Source: Candidatus Bathyarchaeota archaeon
GTDB taxonomy: Archaea; Thermoproteota; CALKCG01; B24; DRYS01
Direction of reading: 5' to 3'
DNA length: 32,000 nt
Assembly: GCA_025058595.1 (NCBI GenBank)
Contig: JANXEK010000015.1
Coordinates: forward strand, 2,648 to 34,647
The notes beneath the pieces were generated by a model. The model was not told the origin of the DNA. It searched no databases and saw nothing but the letters and a program-made list of their open reading frames with translations. Below are positions 1 through 9,600 of the stretch, in pieces; position 1 is the stretch's first letter, and every line of letters starts with the position of its first letter. The translations under genes were made by a program, and so were the position numbers.

Positions 1-73
1 GTATACATTTAGAAGATCGATTAGTTAGCTAGTATTCGATTTAAGTATCTCCCATATACAGTCATATTTAGGC

Positions 74-80
74 TTAAATA
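74..80 (+). promoter_or_regulatory. TATA-like element (TTAAATA) upstream of the ADP-ribosylglycohydrolase gene
   Basis: This A/T-rich heptamer lies about 32 nt upstream of the ATG at 112. That spacing fits an archaeal TATA box driving a leaderless or short-leader mRNA. No experimental support. Confidence 0.25.
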
Positions 81-111
81 GATTGATGCATAGTAGATCG
101 ATAGTTAGAGT

Positions 112-1428
112 ATGAAGCCTCTACATACTCTGACGGATATAGATGAGCTTAAACTGCTGTTAAGATACGAGGTTTTAGAAAGGTTTGAGGAAGGGTTTAC
201 GGTAGATGTCGAGGATTATACGATGCGAATATCCGATGCTAATTCGATAGACATGCTTATGGATATATACTTTGAGCTCGAATCCTGTAAGCCTAGGAAT
301 ACGTATAGCTACATAGAGCCTACGGATTGGTCTAGTATACGAGGAGAGAGACCCGGTTTCTTCGAAGAATACCCCATACCTATGGATTCTATACCGGATA
401 AGATTCTAGGCGGATGGCTTGGTAGATGTGCCGGCTGTATGCTAGGTAAACCGGTCGAGGGGTGGACACACAGTCAGATTAAACATGCCCTATCTAGGAT
501 AGGAGAGTATCCGTTGAAGACGCCTTACATCCCCTTCGAAGCGTTCAGCGAGGTTGACGAAAAGAAGCGTCGTAGCGTTTCTAGGTTAACTAGAGGGAAT
601 ATCGTTATGGCGGAGAGGGATGACGACATCGACTATACCATAATAAACCTCTTAATCTACGAGAGGTATAGATCAGCCTTCGATTCGATCGATATAGGCG
701 AGATGTGGCTCCTCCATCTACCCTATAAATCTGTATACACTGCTGAAAGAGCCGCCTACAGAAACCTGGTTATAGGGTTGAAACCTCCAACTACCGCTAC
801 TTATCTCAACCCATACCGCGAATGGATCGGTGCTCAGATAAGAGCGGATTTCTGGGGGTATATATCTCCAGGTAAACCCGAACAGGCTTTAAGCTACGCT
901 TTCAAAGATTCTATCCTATCGCATACAAAGAACGGGATATACGGCGAGTTGTATGTAACATCCCTTGTATCCCTAGCGTTCTACCATAAATCTACGATCG
1001 ACCTAGTATCGGAAGGTTTAAAGAGCATTCCGTCTAAGAGTAGATTATCCGAAGCTTTAAGGTTCGTCTTAGATCTATACCGTAAAGGATTATCATGGTT
1101 CGAAGCTTTAGATCAAATACTTATTAGGTATGGCGGCTATCATCCGGTCCATACGATAAATAACGCCGCTATAGTTACGGCATCGCTTCTATGGGGTGAA
1201 GGAGATTTCGCTAGAACGTTATGCTACGCTCTACTATCAGGTTTAGATACCGATTGCAACTGTGCTACCGTAGGATCTATACTAGGCGTTATGCTAGGTA
1301 GAAAGGGTATCCCAGAAGGTTGGATCCAACCTTTGAACGATATGGTAGCATCCGCCGTTTCAGGTATAGGTGTTACAAGTATATCAGGATTAGCGGAAAG
1401 GACTATAAAGCTTATCAGAGGTTTGTAA
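112..1428 (+). CDS. ADP-ribosylglycohydrolase family protein (DraG/ARH fold) with an N-terminal extension of about 95 aa
   Basis: ATG-initiated ORF of 438 aa. It carries the conserved ARH-family blocks DKILGGWLGRCAGCMLGKPVEGW, DDDIDYT and the C-terminal GLDTDCNCATVGSILG (Asp/Thr metal-binding blocks). I do not recognise the first ~95 residues. Confidence 0.8.
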   Translation: MKPLHTLTDIDELKLLLRYEVLERFEEGFTVDVEDYTMRISDANSIDMLMDIYFELESCKPRNTYSYIEPTDWSSIRGERPGFFEEYPIPMDSIPDKILGGWLGRCAGCMLGKPVEGWTHSQIKHALSRIGEYPLKTPYIPFEAFSEVDEKKRRSVSRLTRGNIVMAERDDDIDYTIINLLIYERYRSAFDSIDIGEMWLLHLPYKSVYTAERAAYRNLVIGLKPPTTATYLNPYREWIGAQIRADFWGYISPGKPEQALSYAFKDSILSHTKNGIYGELYVTSLVSLAFYHKSTIDLVSEGLKSIPSKSRLSEALRFVLDLYRKGLSWFEALDQILIRYGGYHPVHTINNAAIVTASLLWGEGDFARTLCYALLSGLDTDCNCATVGSILGVMLGRKGIPEGWIQPLNDMVASAVSGIGVTSISGLAERTIKLIRGL

Positions 1429-1490
1429 CGATCAGTATTCGGCAAACTCTTCATAGGGGTCCTCAGTTGTCCCCAGAATCCTTCATCATC

Positions 1491-1497
1491 AAAAAAA
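1491..1497 (-). terminator. Oligo-T (T7) tract downstream of rbcL on the minus strand
   Basis: A7 on the plus strand reads as T7 on the minus strand, 49 nt past the rbcL stop codon (1546-1548). Archaeal RNA polymerase terminates at oligo-T runs. Confidence 0.35.
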
Positions 1498-1545
1498 TAA
1501 GGGTATCTCGACGTATAAGATTAAGTTTACGATAGATCTGCCCCT

Positions 1546-2904
1546 TCAATCTTCAGATTTAAACTTGTAGCCCCAATACTCTAACGCTATCTTTAACTCC
1601 TTATGCGTCTTACTATACTCCTCTAACGTTACTCCGTTCATATACGCTTCTATAGCTTGCATCATGGCGGTAGCACCGGCTCTACTACCCATAGGATGCC
1701 CATGTATACCTCCACCAGCGTTGACCTGTACATCCGGTGAACCTAGAGCTTCAAGGTTATCCGGAACTATCGCTGGATGTATACCACCTGAAGCAACTGG
1801 TAACACCGTTTTAAGATGGAACCATGGTGATCTAAGCATATCGTTTATCCTCCTTATAGCTCTCACACCCCTCCATTCAGCTAACGCTTCTGCGGGTCCT
1901 CCAGGCTTCTCCATCTTCCCAACGGCGGTACCTGTATGCAGCTGATCGCCGCCAGCTAATCTTACGAGTTTAGCTATAACCATCATGTGTATGCCATGCC
2001 TAGGATTACGGGTCATAGCAGCATGTAGAGCTCTATGCACATGTATAGGTACCTTTATTGATGGATCCTCGGCTAAAGCTCTCAAAGCAGAGTAACCTGC
2101 GCATAGCACATCGATCATTATACAGTTCCCACCATGCTCAAGCACGGTCTCCGCATGCTCGAATAAACGGTTATAGTCAGATGTTATATCGCATGCGTAG
2201 ATTACAGTCCTTCCAGTCTCAGATTTAACCTTATCTAGAGCAGCCATTACATGCGTAATTCTATCTTCTATAGTGTTAAACTTCTGGCTTGTCAAAGTTT
2301 CATCATCCTTAATGAAATCTACCCCTCCGATCGCAGCCTCGTATGCAACTCTAGCGAAATCTTTAGCTGTAAGTCCGACCTTAGGTTTTATTATAGTTCC
2401 TAGATGCGGTCTAGGCTTCGCATCGGTACCTACCAGTTTACGAACACCTTCTATACCGAATTTAGGTCCATTGAAAATCTCTGCGTACTCTCTTGGTAAT
2501 TCTAGATCTAGAAGCCTAATATTATCTACCGCGATCACCCCGAATAGGTTTCCAGCTACTATACTCAACATATGCGCTATCCCAGCATCCAGATCGAATA
2601 GATCTAACGGATAGGCTATCTTAACTATACCCCCGACACCTAGTTCTATGGTCTCGAAAACCTTGCCTGCATATCGTAGAACATAATCCTGCATAGTACC
2701 TACCCTAGTCCATGTACCTATACTCTCCTCAGCTGCTACATAGATGCCTGCATCCCTGAGATTTATACCAGCCCTAGGCTCTATATAGTATGTACATATA
2801 ATATTTTCATCTGGATCCACGGCATCTGGCGGTGATGTGAAAACTTTAACCCAGAAATCCTCTTGATACCATTCTACCTTCGACATACTTTCGTAGACAC
2901 CCAC
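1546..2904 (-). CDS. rbcL: Ribulose-1,5-bisphosphate carboxylase/oxygenase large subunit, archaeal form III
   Basis: ORF of 452 aa with a GTG start at 2904. An alternative ATG at 2886 would give MSKVEWYQ. Catalytic motifs are present: GTIIKPKVGL, DFIKDDE (carbamylated Lys plus Mg ligands), HVHRALH, PVASGGIH and GGGIHGHPMG. No small-subunit gene is adjacent. Confidence 0.93.
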   Translation of the reverse strand: MGVYESMSKVEWYQEDFWVKVFTSPPDAVDPDENIICTYYIEPRAGINLRDAGIYVAAEESIGTWTRVGTMQDYVLRYAGKVFETIELGVGGIVKIAYPLDLFDLDAGIAHMLSIVAGNLFGVIAVDNIRLLDLELPREYAEIFNGPKFGIEGVRKLVGTDAKPRPHLGTIIKPKVGLTAKDFARVAYEAAIGGVDFIKDDETLTSQKFNTIEDRITHVMAALDKVKSETGRTVIYACDITSDYNRLFEHAETVLEHGGNCIMIDVLCAGYSALRALAEDPSIKVPIHVHRALHAAMTRNPRHGIHMMVIAKLVRLAGGDQLHTGTAVGKMEKPGGPAEALAEWRGVRAIRRINDMLRSPWFHLKTVLPVASGGIHPAIVPDNLEALGSPDVQVNAGGGIHGHPMGSRAGATAMMQAIEAYMNGVTLEEYSKTHKELKIALEYWGYKFKSED

Positions 2905-2956
2905 TTATTCTATCCGCATCTAGCTAATAAACCTTCATAGACATACTCGAGCAATA

Positions 2957-2975
2957 TTTATAAGTCAGTATATAA
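2957..2975. promoter_or_regulatory. Divergent promoter region between rbcL and rpoH (TTTATAAG at 2957-2964, TATATAA at 2969-2975)
   Basis: The 117-nt intergenic spacer contains two TATA-like elements. The near-palindromic ATATTTATAAG reads as CTTATAAATAT on the minus strand. A GGAGGT Shine-Dalgarno (SD) sequence at 3007-3012 precedes the rpoH TTG at 3022. Confidence 0.3.
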
Positions 2976-3021
2976 CGCTTCTAGTTTAGCCTCAAGTATT
3001 AGTGATGGAGGTTCAATTCTC

Positions 3022-3276
3022 TTGAAAAATAGGTCTAGACTTAAATTCAACATACTAGATCACTTCCTTGTACCTAGACACGAGCTGCTTAGCTATGTAG
3101 ATGCTGAGAATATCCTTGAAAAGTATGGGGTGGAGCCTCACCAGTTACCTTTAATAAGATCTTCAGACCCGGCAGTTATAGCTGTGGGCGGTAAACCGGG
3201 TGATATTATTAGGATTAGACGTAGAAGCCCTACGGCTGGGATTGCTATAGCCTATAGGTACGTAACGGAGGGTTGA
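3022..3276 (+). CDS. rpoH: DNA-directed RNA polymerase subunit H (Rpo5)
   Basis: 84 aa. It contains the HFLVPRHELLS...AENILEKYGV...QLPLI...DPV block typical of archaeal RpoH. It sits directly upstream of rpoB, as in the conserved rpoH-B-A operon. TTG start with an SD 9 nt upstream. Confidence 0.9.
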   Translation: MKNRSRLKFNILDHFLVPRHELLSYVDAENILEKYGVEPHQLPLIRSSDPAVIAVGGKPGDIIRIRRRSPTAGIAIAYRYVTEG

Positions 3277-3282
3277 TCGTAT

Positions 3283-6200
3283 TTGACGGATAAACGATCT
3301 GGAAGCCCATGGCTCTCCTCGGATGACTTATGGCTTTTGATGAAGTCTTTCTTCCAATCTAGGAAGCTTGCTGGTCAGCATCTTGATTCCTATAACGAGT
3401 TCGTCGAACGCGATCTGAATTCTATAGTAGAGAGTGTAGGTGGTATTTCTGTCTATGTTAGAGGGATCAATATACAGCTTAAGTTTGGTAAGATTCACAT
3501 AGGTAGACCGAGGGTATCCGAAGTCGATGGATCTGAAACGGAAGTTACACCTATGGACTGTAGGCTTAGAAACCTTACCTACGCAGCGCCGCTCTACCTC
3601 GAGGTAACACCCGTTATAGATGGTAGAGAGGGTAAGATGGAATTGATACACATCGGGGATCTACCCATCATGCTTAAATCGAGGATATGCCCTTTAAGCC
3701 AGATGACTGATAATGAGCTTATAGCTATAGGTGAAGATCCGGAGGATCCTGGGGGATATTTTATAATAAACGGTTCTGAGAGAATTATAGTCGGTATAGA
3801 GGATTTAGCACCGAACCGTATACTCGTAGATTACGATGAAAATGCTAAGGTTTACCGTGCTAAGGTGTTCTCCACTATCATAGGTTATAGGACTAAAGTT
3901 GAGGTTAAGATGAAGAGGGATGGATCGATAACTGTCTCGATGCCGAGCGTCCCCGTGGAGCTTCCATTAATAGTCGTTATGAAGGCTCTCGGTGTAGAGA
4001 GGGATAAAGAGATAGCTGAGCTTGTATCCCCGGATCCCAGCATATACCAGTGGCTTGAGCCTTCTTTCGATAAGGTTCCAGGTATAGATACGCAGGATGA
4101 TGCTCTACTATATATAGGGAATCGTGTAGCGTTCGCTCAATCCCCTGAGAGACGTAAGAGTAGAGCTTCGATGATACTTGATAGAAATTTCCTTCTACAC
4201 CTAGGTAGGACACCCGATTCTAGGAGGCTTAAAGCAATATTCCTCGCCGAGATGGTTAGAAGGATTATAGAGCTACGTCTAGGCTTGAGGAAGCAGGATG
4301 ATAAAGACCACTATGCTAATAAACGTGTAAGACTTGCAGGTCAGCTTCTAGGGGATCTATTCAGAACGGTATTCAGGGATCTAGTTAAAGATATGAGCTA
4401 CCAACTTGAGAAGCTCTACAGAAAGCTGGAGAGAGGCAGAGTCATACCTTTGAAATCGATCGTTAGACCTAGCATATTAACCGAGCGTATCCAACATGCT
4501 CTAGCTACCGGGAACTGGGGTCGTGGAAGGGTCGGTGTAACCCAACTCCTAGATAGGACAAATTCTATATCCACCCTAAGCCATCTTAGAAGGCTTCAAT
4601 CACCGTTAAGCCGTACTCAGCCAAACTTCGAGGCTAGAGATCTACACTCAACCCACTGGGGGCGTCTCTGCCCTACCGAAACCCCTGAAGGCTCTAACTG
4701 CGGCTTGGTTAAGAATCTAGCTCTGATGGCGAATATATCGGTTTCAGCCGATATCGAGGAGGTTAAGCAGGTCCTAGTCAGGCTTGGATGCATACCGTTC
4801 GATGAAGCGGATCATACTGTTAGGCTTAAAGCTTCCCGTGTATACCTTGATGGCGTTCCATTCGGCTTCACATACAATCCCGGAGAGCTAGCTAGAGAGC
4901 TCAGAATGCTTAGAAGGGTTGGAAGGCTAAGCTCAGAGGTTAACGTAGCATATTTCGGAGATGTTAACGAATTATATGTAAACTGTGATCCTGGAAGGTG
5001 TAGACGTCCGCTTATAATTGTGGATGGTGGCCGTCCGCTACTCGGTAGAGATCATATGGATGCTTTAAAGGAGGGGGCGATTACATGGGATGAACTCGTC
5101 CGTATGGGTATAATCGAGTATATAGATGCTGAAGAGGAGGAGAACTGTCTAGTAGCCTTAAACTACGAAGATATATGCATGGAGACCACCCATATAGAGA
5201 TAGCTCCCTACACGATATTCGGTGTATGCGCTTCGCTCATACCCTACGCTGAGCATAACCATTCTCCAAGGAATAGCTACGAAGCCGCTATGGCTAAGCA
5301 GGCTTTAGGTGTATACGCCACGAACTACTACTTTAGAGTGGATAGCCGTGGGCATCTTCTACACTATCCGCAGATACCTATAGTTCAGACTAAGCCTATG
5401 GAGGTTATGGGCTACCATCAAAGACCTACCGGGCAGAACCTTATAGTAGCTATCATCTCGTACTCCGGATACAATATGGAGGATGCCGTGATCTTCAATA
5501 AATCATCTATAGATAGAGGGTTGATGCGTTCTACATTCTTCAAGACATACGAAGCTGAATGCTACCAGTATATGGGTGGGGAGACGGATAGATTCGAGAT
5601 ACCATCATCGGAGACTAAAGGTTATAAAGGTGAAAGCTACTACGAGAAGCTTGAATCTGATGGTTTAACCTATCCCGAATGCGAGCTTTCGACAGGGGAT
5701 GCCCTTGTAGGTAAGACTAGCCCTCCAAGATTCATGGAGGAGTACCGCGAGCTAGGCGCCTACGGTATATCCCGTAGGGATACTTCTCTCTCGCTTAAAT
5801 CTAAAGGGCCAGCTATAGTCGATACGGTGGTATTAACCGTCGATGCTCAAGGTAATAAGGTGGCTAAGGTCAAGGTTAGAGAACAGAGGATACCTGAGCT
5901 TGGAGATAAATTTGCCTCCAGACATGGGCAGAAGGGTGTTATAGGTATAGTGTTCAGACAGGAGGATATGCCGTTTACAGAGGATGGACTTATTCCAGAT
6001 ATCATAATAAACCCGCACGCTATACCTTCTAGGATGACGGTCGGACAGCTTATGGAGTCTATCGCCGGTAAGATCGGAGCGCTAACCGGTAGATTCATGG
6101 ATGGGACGGCTTTCATAAACGATTCTGCAGATAAGCTAGATGAGATTCTTAGGAAGCTCGGTTTCAGGTATGGTGGTAGGGAGATAATGTACGATGGGAC

Positions 6201-6639
6201 CACAGGATACAAGTTCGAAGCCGATATATTCATAGGTATAGTCTACTATCAGAAGCTCCACCATATGGTATCCGATAAGATACATGCGAGAGCTAGAGGA
6301 CAAGTGCAGATGCTTACACGTCAGCCTACAGAGGGGAGGGCTAGAGGTGGAGGTCTAAGGTTCGGTGAGATGGAGAGAGATTGCTTGATAGCTCATGGTG
6401 CAGCCGCTCTATTGAAGGATAGACTTCTAGAAGAATCAGACGCGACGACGATATACGTATGTAGAAACTGCGGCTTCCTAGGATACTATGATAATAGACG
6501 GAAAGAGTATAGATGTCATATCTGTGGGAATAAGGCTAGGATAGTCCCTATAACGGTAGCTTACGCTTTTAAACTTCTACTCCAGGAGCTTATGAGTCTA
6601 TGTATAGCTCCTAGGCTTATAATAGAGGAGGTATCCTAG
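3283..6639 (+). CDS. rpoB: DNA-directed RNA polymerase subunit B (Rpo2), unsplit
   Basis: 1118 aa. The N-terminus SFFQSRKLAGQHLDSYNEF resembles Sulfolobus RpoB. Other blocks are GDKFASRHGQKG, QKLHHMVSDKIHARARG, GGLRFGEMERDCLIAHGAA and the C-terminal Zn ribbon CRNCG...CHICG. The start is TTG at 3283; an in-frame ATG at 3340 is an alternative. Confidence 0.97.
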   Translation: MTDKRSGSPWLSSDDLWLLMKSFFQSRKLAGQHLDSYNEFVERDLNSIVESVGGISVYVRGINIQLKFGKIHIGRPRVSEVDGSETEVTPMDCRLRNLTYAAPLYLEVTPVIDGREGKMELIHIGDLPIMLKSRICPLSQMTDNELIAIGEDPEDPGGYFIINGSERIIVGIEDLAPNRILVDYDENAKVYRAKVFSTIIGYRTKVEVKMKRDGSITVSMPSVPVELPLIVVMKALGVERDKEIAELVSPDPSIYQWLEPSFDKVPGIDTQDDALLYIGNRVAFAQSPERRKSRASMILDRNFLLHLGRTPDSRRLKAIFLAEMVRRIIELRLGLRKQDDKDHYANKRVRLAGQLLGDLFRTVFRDLVKDMSYQLEKLYRKLERGRVIPLKSIVRPSILTERIQHALATGNWGRGRVGVTQLLDRTNSISTLSHLRRLQSPLSRTQPNFEARDLHSTHWGRLCPTETPEGSNCGLVKNLALMANISVSADIEEVKQVLVRLGCIPFDEADHTVRLKASRVYLDGVPFGFTYNPGELARELRMLRRVGRLSSEVNVAYFGDVNELYVNCDPGRCRRPLIIVDGGRPLLGRDHMDALKEGAITWDELVRMGIIEYIDAEEEENCLVALNYEDICMETTHIEIAPYTIFGVCASLIPYAEHNHSPRNSYEAAMAKQALGVYATNYYFRVDSRGHLLHYPQIPIVQTKPMEVMGYHQRPTGQNLIVAIISYSGYNMEDAVIFNKSSIDRGLMRSTFFKTYEAECYQYMGGETDRFEIPSSETKGYKGESYYEKLESDGLTYPECELSTGDALVGKTSPPRFMEEYRELGAYGISRRDTSLSLKSKGPAIVDTVVLTVDAQGNKVAKVKVREQRIPELGDKFASRHGQKGVIGIVFRQEDMPFTEDGLIPDIIINPHAIPSRMTVGQLMESIAGKIGALTGRFMDGTAFINDSADKLDEILRKLGFRYGGREIMYDGTTGYKFEADIFIGIVYYQKLHHMVSDKIHARARGQVQMLTRQPTEGRARGGGLRFGEMERDCLIAHGAAALLKDRLLEESDATTIYVCRNCGFLGYYDNRRKEYRCHICGNKARIVPITVAYAFKLLLQELMSLCIAPRLIIEEVS

Positions 6640-6643
6640 AGGT

Positions 6644-9600
6644 ATGAGTATGGAAGAAGCGGTTAGATGTAGAATAGCCGGTATAAAGTTCGGTATACTC
6701 TCGCCTACCGATATACAGAAGCTTTCGGTCGTAGATATAACGACGTCAGATACATACGATGAAGATGGTATGCCTATCGCTTCAGGCTTAATGGATAGTA
6801 GGATGGGAGTTCTAGAACCTGGGCAAGCGTGTAGGACATGCTTTAACCTCGCATCAAGATGTCCAGGACATTTCGGCTTTATAAAGCTCGCCGTACCGGT
6901 AATCCATATAGCTTTCGTGAAATATATCTACGAACTTCTATCCGTGACCTGTAGAAATTGCGGTCGTCTCCTACTACCGGAGGAGGATATAGCTAAGTAT
7001 AGCAGATTGTTGAAGCGTATCTCTAAGGATAGAGAGTATCCGGAGGCTTTGAGGAGGATTATAGTGAAGAAGGCTAGTAAGGTTTATGAGTGCCCGCATT
7101 GTAAATCGCCCCAGGTTAAGATAGAGCTTGCTAAACCTACGACTTTCTACGAGGTCAGCGAAAAAGGGAAGGTATCGTTAGATACGGCGACTATAAGGAG
7201 TAGATTAGAAAGAATACCGGATGACGATCTAAAGCTGCTCGGCTACGATCCTGAGGTAGCTCGTCCAGAGTGGATGATCATACAGATGCTACCTGTCCCA
7301 CCGCTCGTGGTTCGGCCGTCGATAACGCTAGAATCCGGTATACGATCTGAAGATGATCTGACACATAAGCTAGTCGATATCGTAAGGATAAACGAGAGGA
7401 TAAAGGAGTGTATAGAGAGCGGCGCTCCTACGGCTATAAGAGAGGAGCTTGCAGATCTTCTACAATACCATGTAGCAACATACTTCGATAACGAAACTCC
7501 AGGTATACCACCTGCTAGACATAGATCCGGTAGGCCTCTCAGGACGATAGCTCAAAGATTGAAAGGAAAGGAGGGTAGGTTTCGGTTAAACCTCTCTGGT
7601 AAACGTGTAGATTTCTCAGCTAGAACCGTTATCTCCCCCGATCCGAATCTAGAGATAGATGAGGTTGGTGTACCTCTAGAGATAGCTACTAAGCTTACCG
7701 TACCGGAGAAGGTTACGGTCTGGAATATCGAGGAGCTGAGAGAACTCGTTAGACGCGGACCCTCCGAGCATCCCGGAGCTGTGTACGTTATAAGACCTGA
7801 TGGGCGTCGTATAAGGCTTGAATTCTCTGATAGGGAACATATAGCCGAGGAGCTTCAGGTAGGCTATATCGTAGAAAGGCATCTAAGAAATGGAGATATA
7901 GTTCTCTTCAATAGGCAGCCATCCCTCCACCGTATGTCTATAATGGCTCATAGGGTGAAAGTCCTGCCATACCGTACATTCAGGCTGCACCTAGCGGTAT
8001 GCACACCCTATAACGCAGATTTCGACGGGGATGAAATGAACCTCCATGTACCTCAATCCGAAGAAGCGCAAGCTGAAGCTAAGCTTCTAGCACAAGTCCA
8101 AACCCAGATAATATCACCTAGGTATGGCGCCCCTATAATAGGAGCTACGAGGGACTATCTCACGGCTGCATATCTATTGACACGTAGAAAAACACTGTTA
8201 ACTAAAGATGAAGTCGGTAAGCTTCTAGCATCTATAGAGTATACAGGCGAGCTGCCTCCGCCTATAGTCGATAAGCCTGAGCCGTTATGGAGCGGTAAAC
8301 AGATATTCAGCCTACTGCTACCTAAAGACTTCAATTATATCGGTAAATCGTCTGTATGTAAGCATAAGCATGCATCTCAAGATGAGGAATGCCCGGATGA
8401 TGGTATAATAGTCGTTAAGGATGGCGTTCTGGTTAGAGGTGTTATCGATAAGGGTGCCGTAGGGGTTGAGAAGCCTGATACACTACTACACGTATACGTG
8501 AAGAGGTATGGTAGCGAAGCTGGCAGAGTATTCGTAACAAGGCTATGTAAACTTCTCAACGTATTCATCTCTATGAAAGGTTTCTCCTATAGCTTAGATG
8601 AGCTTAAGTTAACTAAGGAAAGCGAGGAAAGAGTGCATGAAACTTTAGACGAGGCTAGCCGTAGAATTCTAGAGATAATTAAGCAAGCTGAAGAGGGTAA
8701 GCTGCCTAAACTGCCTGGAAAGAGTATGGAGGAGAGCTTGGAGATAATGGTGGTAGATGAGTTAGCTAAAGCGAGGGAGAAATGCGACGAGATAGCTGAA
8801 TCATCGTTTACTATGGAGAATAGAGGTGTTATAATGAGTAGGGTTGGCGCTAGAGGTTCAGCTCTGAATATAGGACATATGTCTGCCTGTCTCGGACAGC
8901 AATCTGTAAGAGGACGGAGGGTTCCAAGAGGATTAAGGGAGCGCGCCCTTTCGCATTTCAAACCTAGAGATCCAAACCCTGAGGCGGGGGGATTCGTTAA
9001 ATCTTCGTTCCTCAAAGGGTTAGCGCCTACAGAATTCTTCTTCCACGCTATGGGTGGTAGAGAGGGGTTGGTAGACACAGCCGTAAGGACTCAGCAGAGC
9101 GGCTATCTACAGAGGAGGCTTATCCATGCTCTAGAACTTGTTAGGGTGGAGTATGATGGTACCGTACGCGATATACTGGGTACTATAGTTCAGTTTAGGT
9201 ATGGCGAGGATGGCGTGGATCCATCGAAGAGTGATCATGGTAAAGCTGTAAACGTCGCCCGTCTACGCGATGAGCTAAAGCTTAGAGGTATAGGTTTAAA
9301 CGAACCTCCAGCCTCTGACTCGGAGATAAATAGACTTTTATCCAGGTTTGAGAAGATCCTACCTAAATCGATAATCGACGATATCAGGGATATAGCTATC
9401 CGATCTAAAGCTTCTAACTCTTTCATATCTAAGCTTTTAGAGGAAGCTTATAGAGCGTATGAGGAGGCGCAAATCGAACCAGGTGAAGCCGTAGGTATAG
9501 TAGCCGCTCAGTCTATAGGTGAACCTGGTACTCAGATGACTCTTAGAACATTCCACTGGGCTGGTGTTAAGGAGAGAGATGTAACTTTGGGTTTGCCTAG

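Noticed and set aside
1320-1535. A 71-aa ORF spanning the ARH gene 3' end and the convergent spacer.
   Set aside because: It mostly overlaps the ARH coding frame. It is Arg- and Ile-rich with low complexity and has no start context.
1546-2904. The possibility that the RuBisCO homologue is a non-carboxylating form IV RuBisCO-like protein.
   Set aside because: The carbamylated-Lys/Mg motif (FIKDDE), KPK, HxHRA and the C-terminal GGG.HGHP phosphate-binding blocks are all intact. This argues for a bona fide carboxylase of form III.
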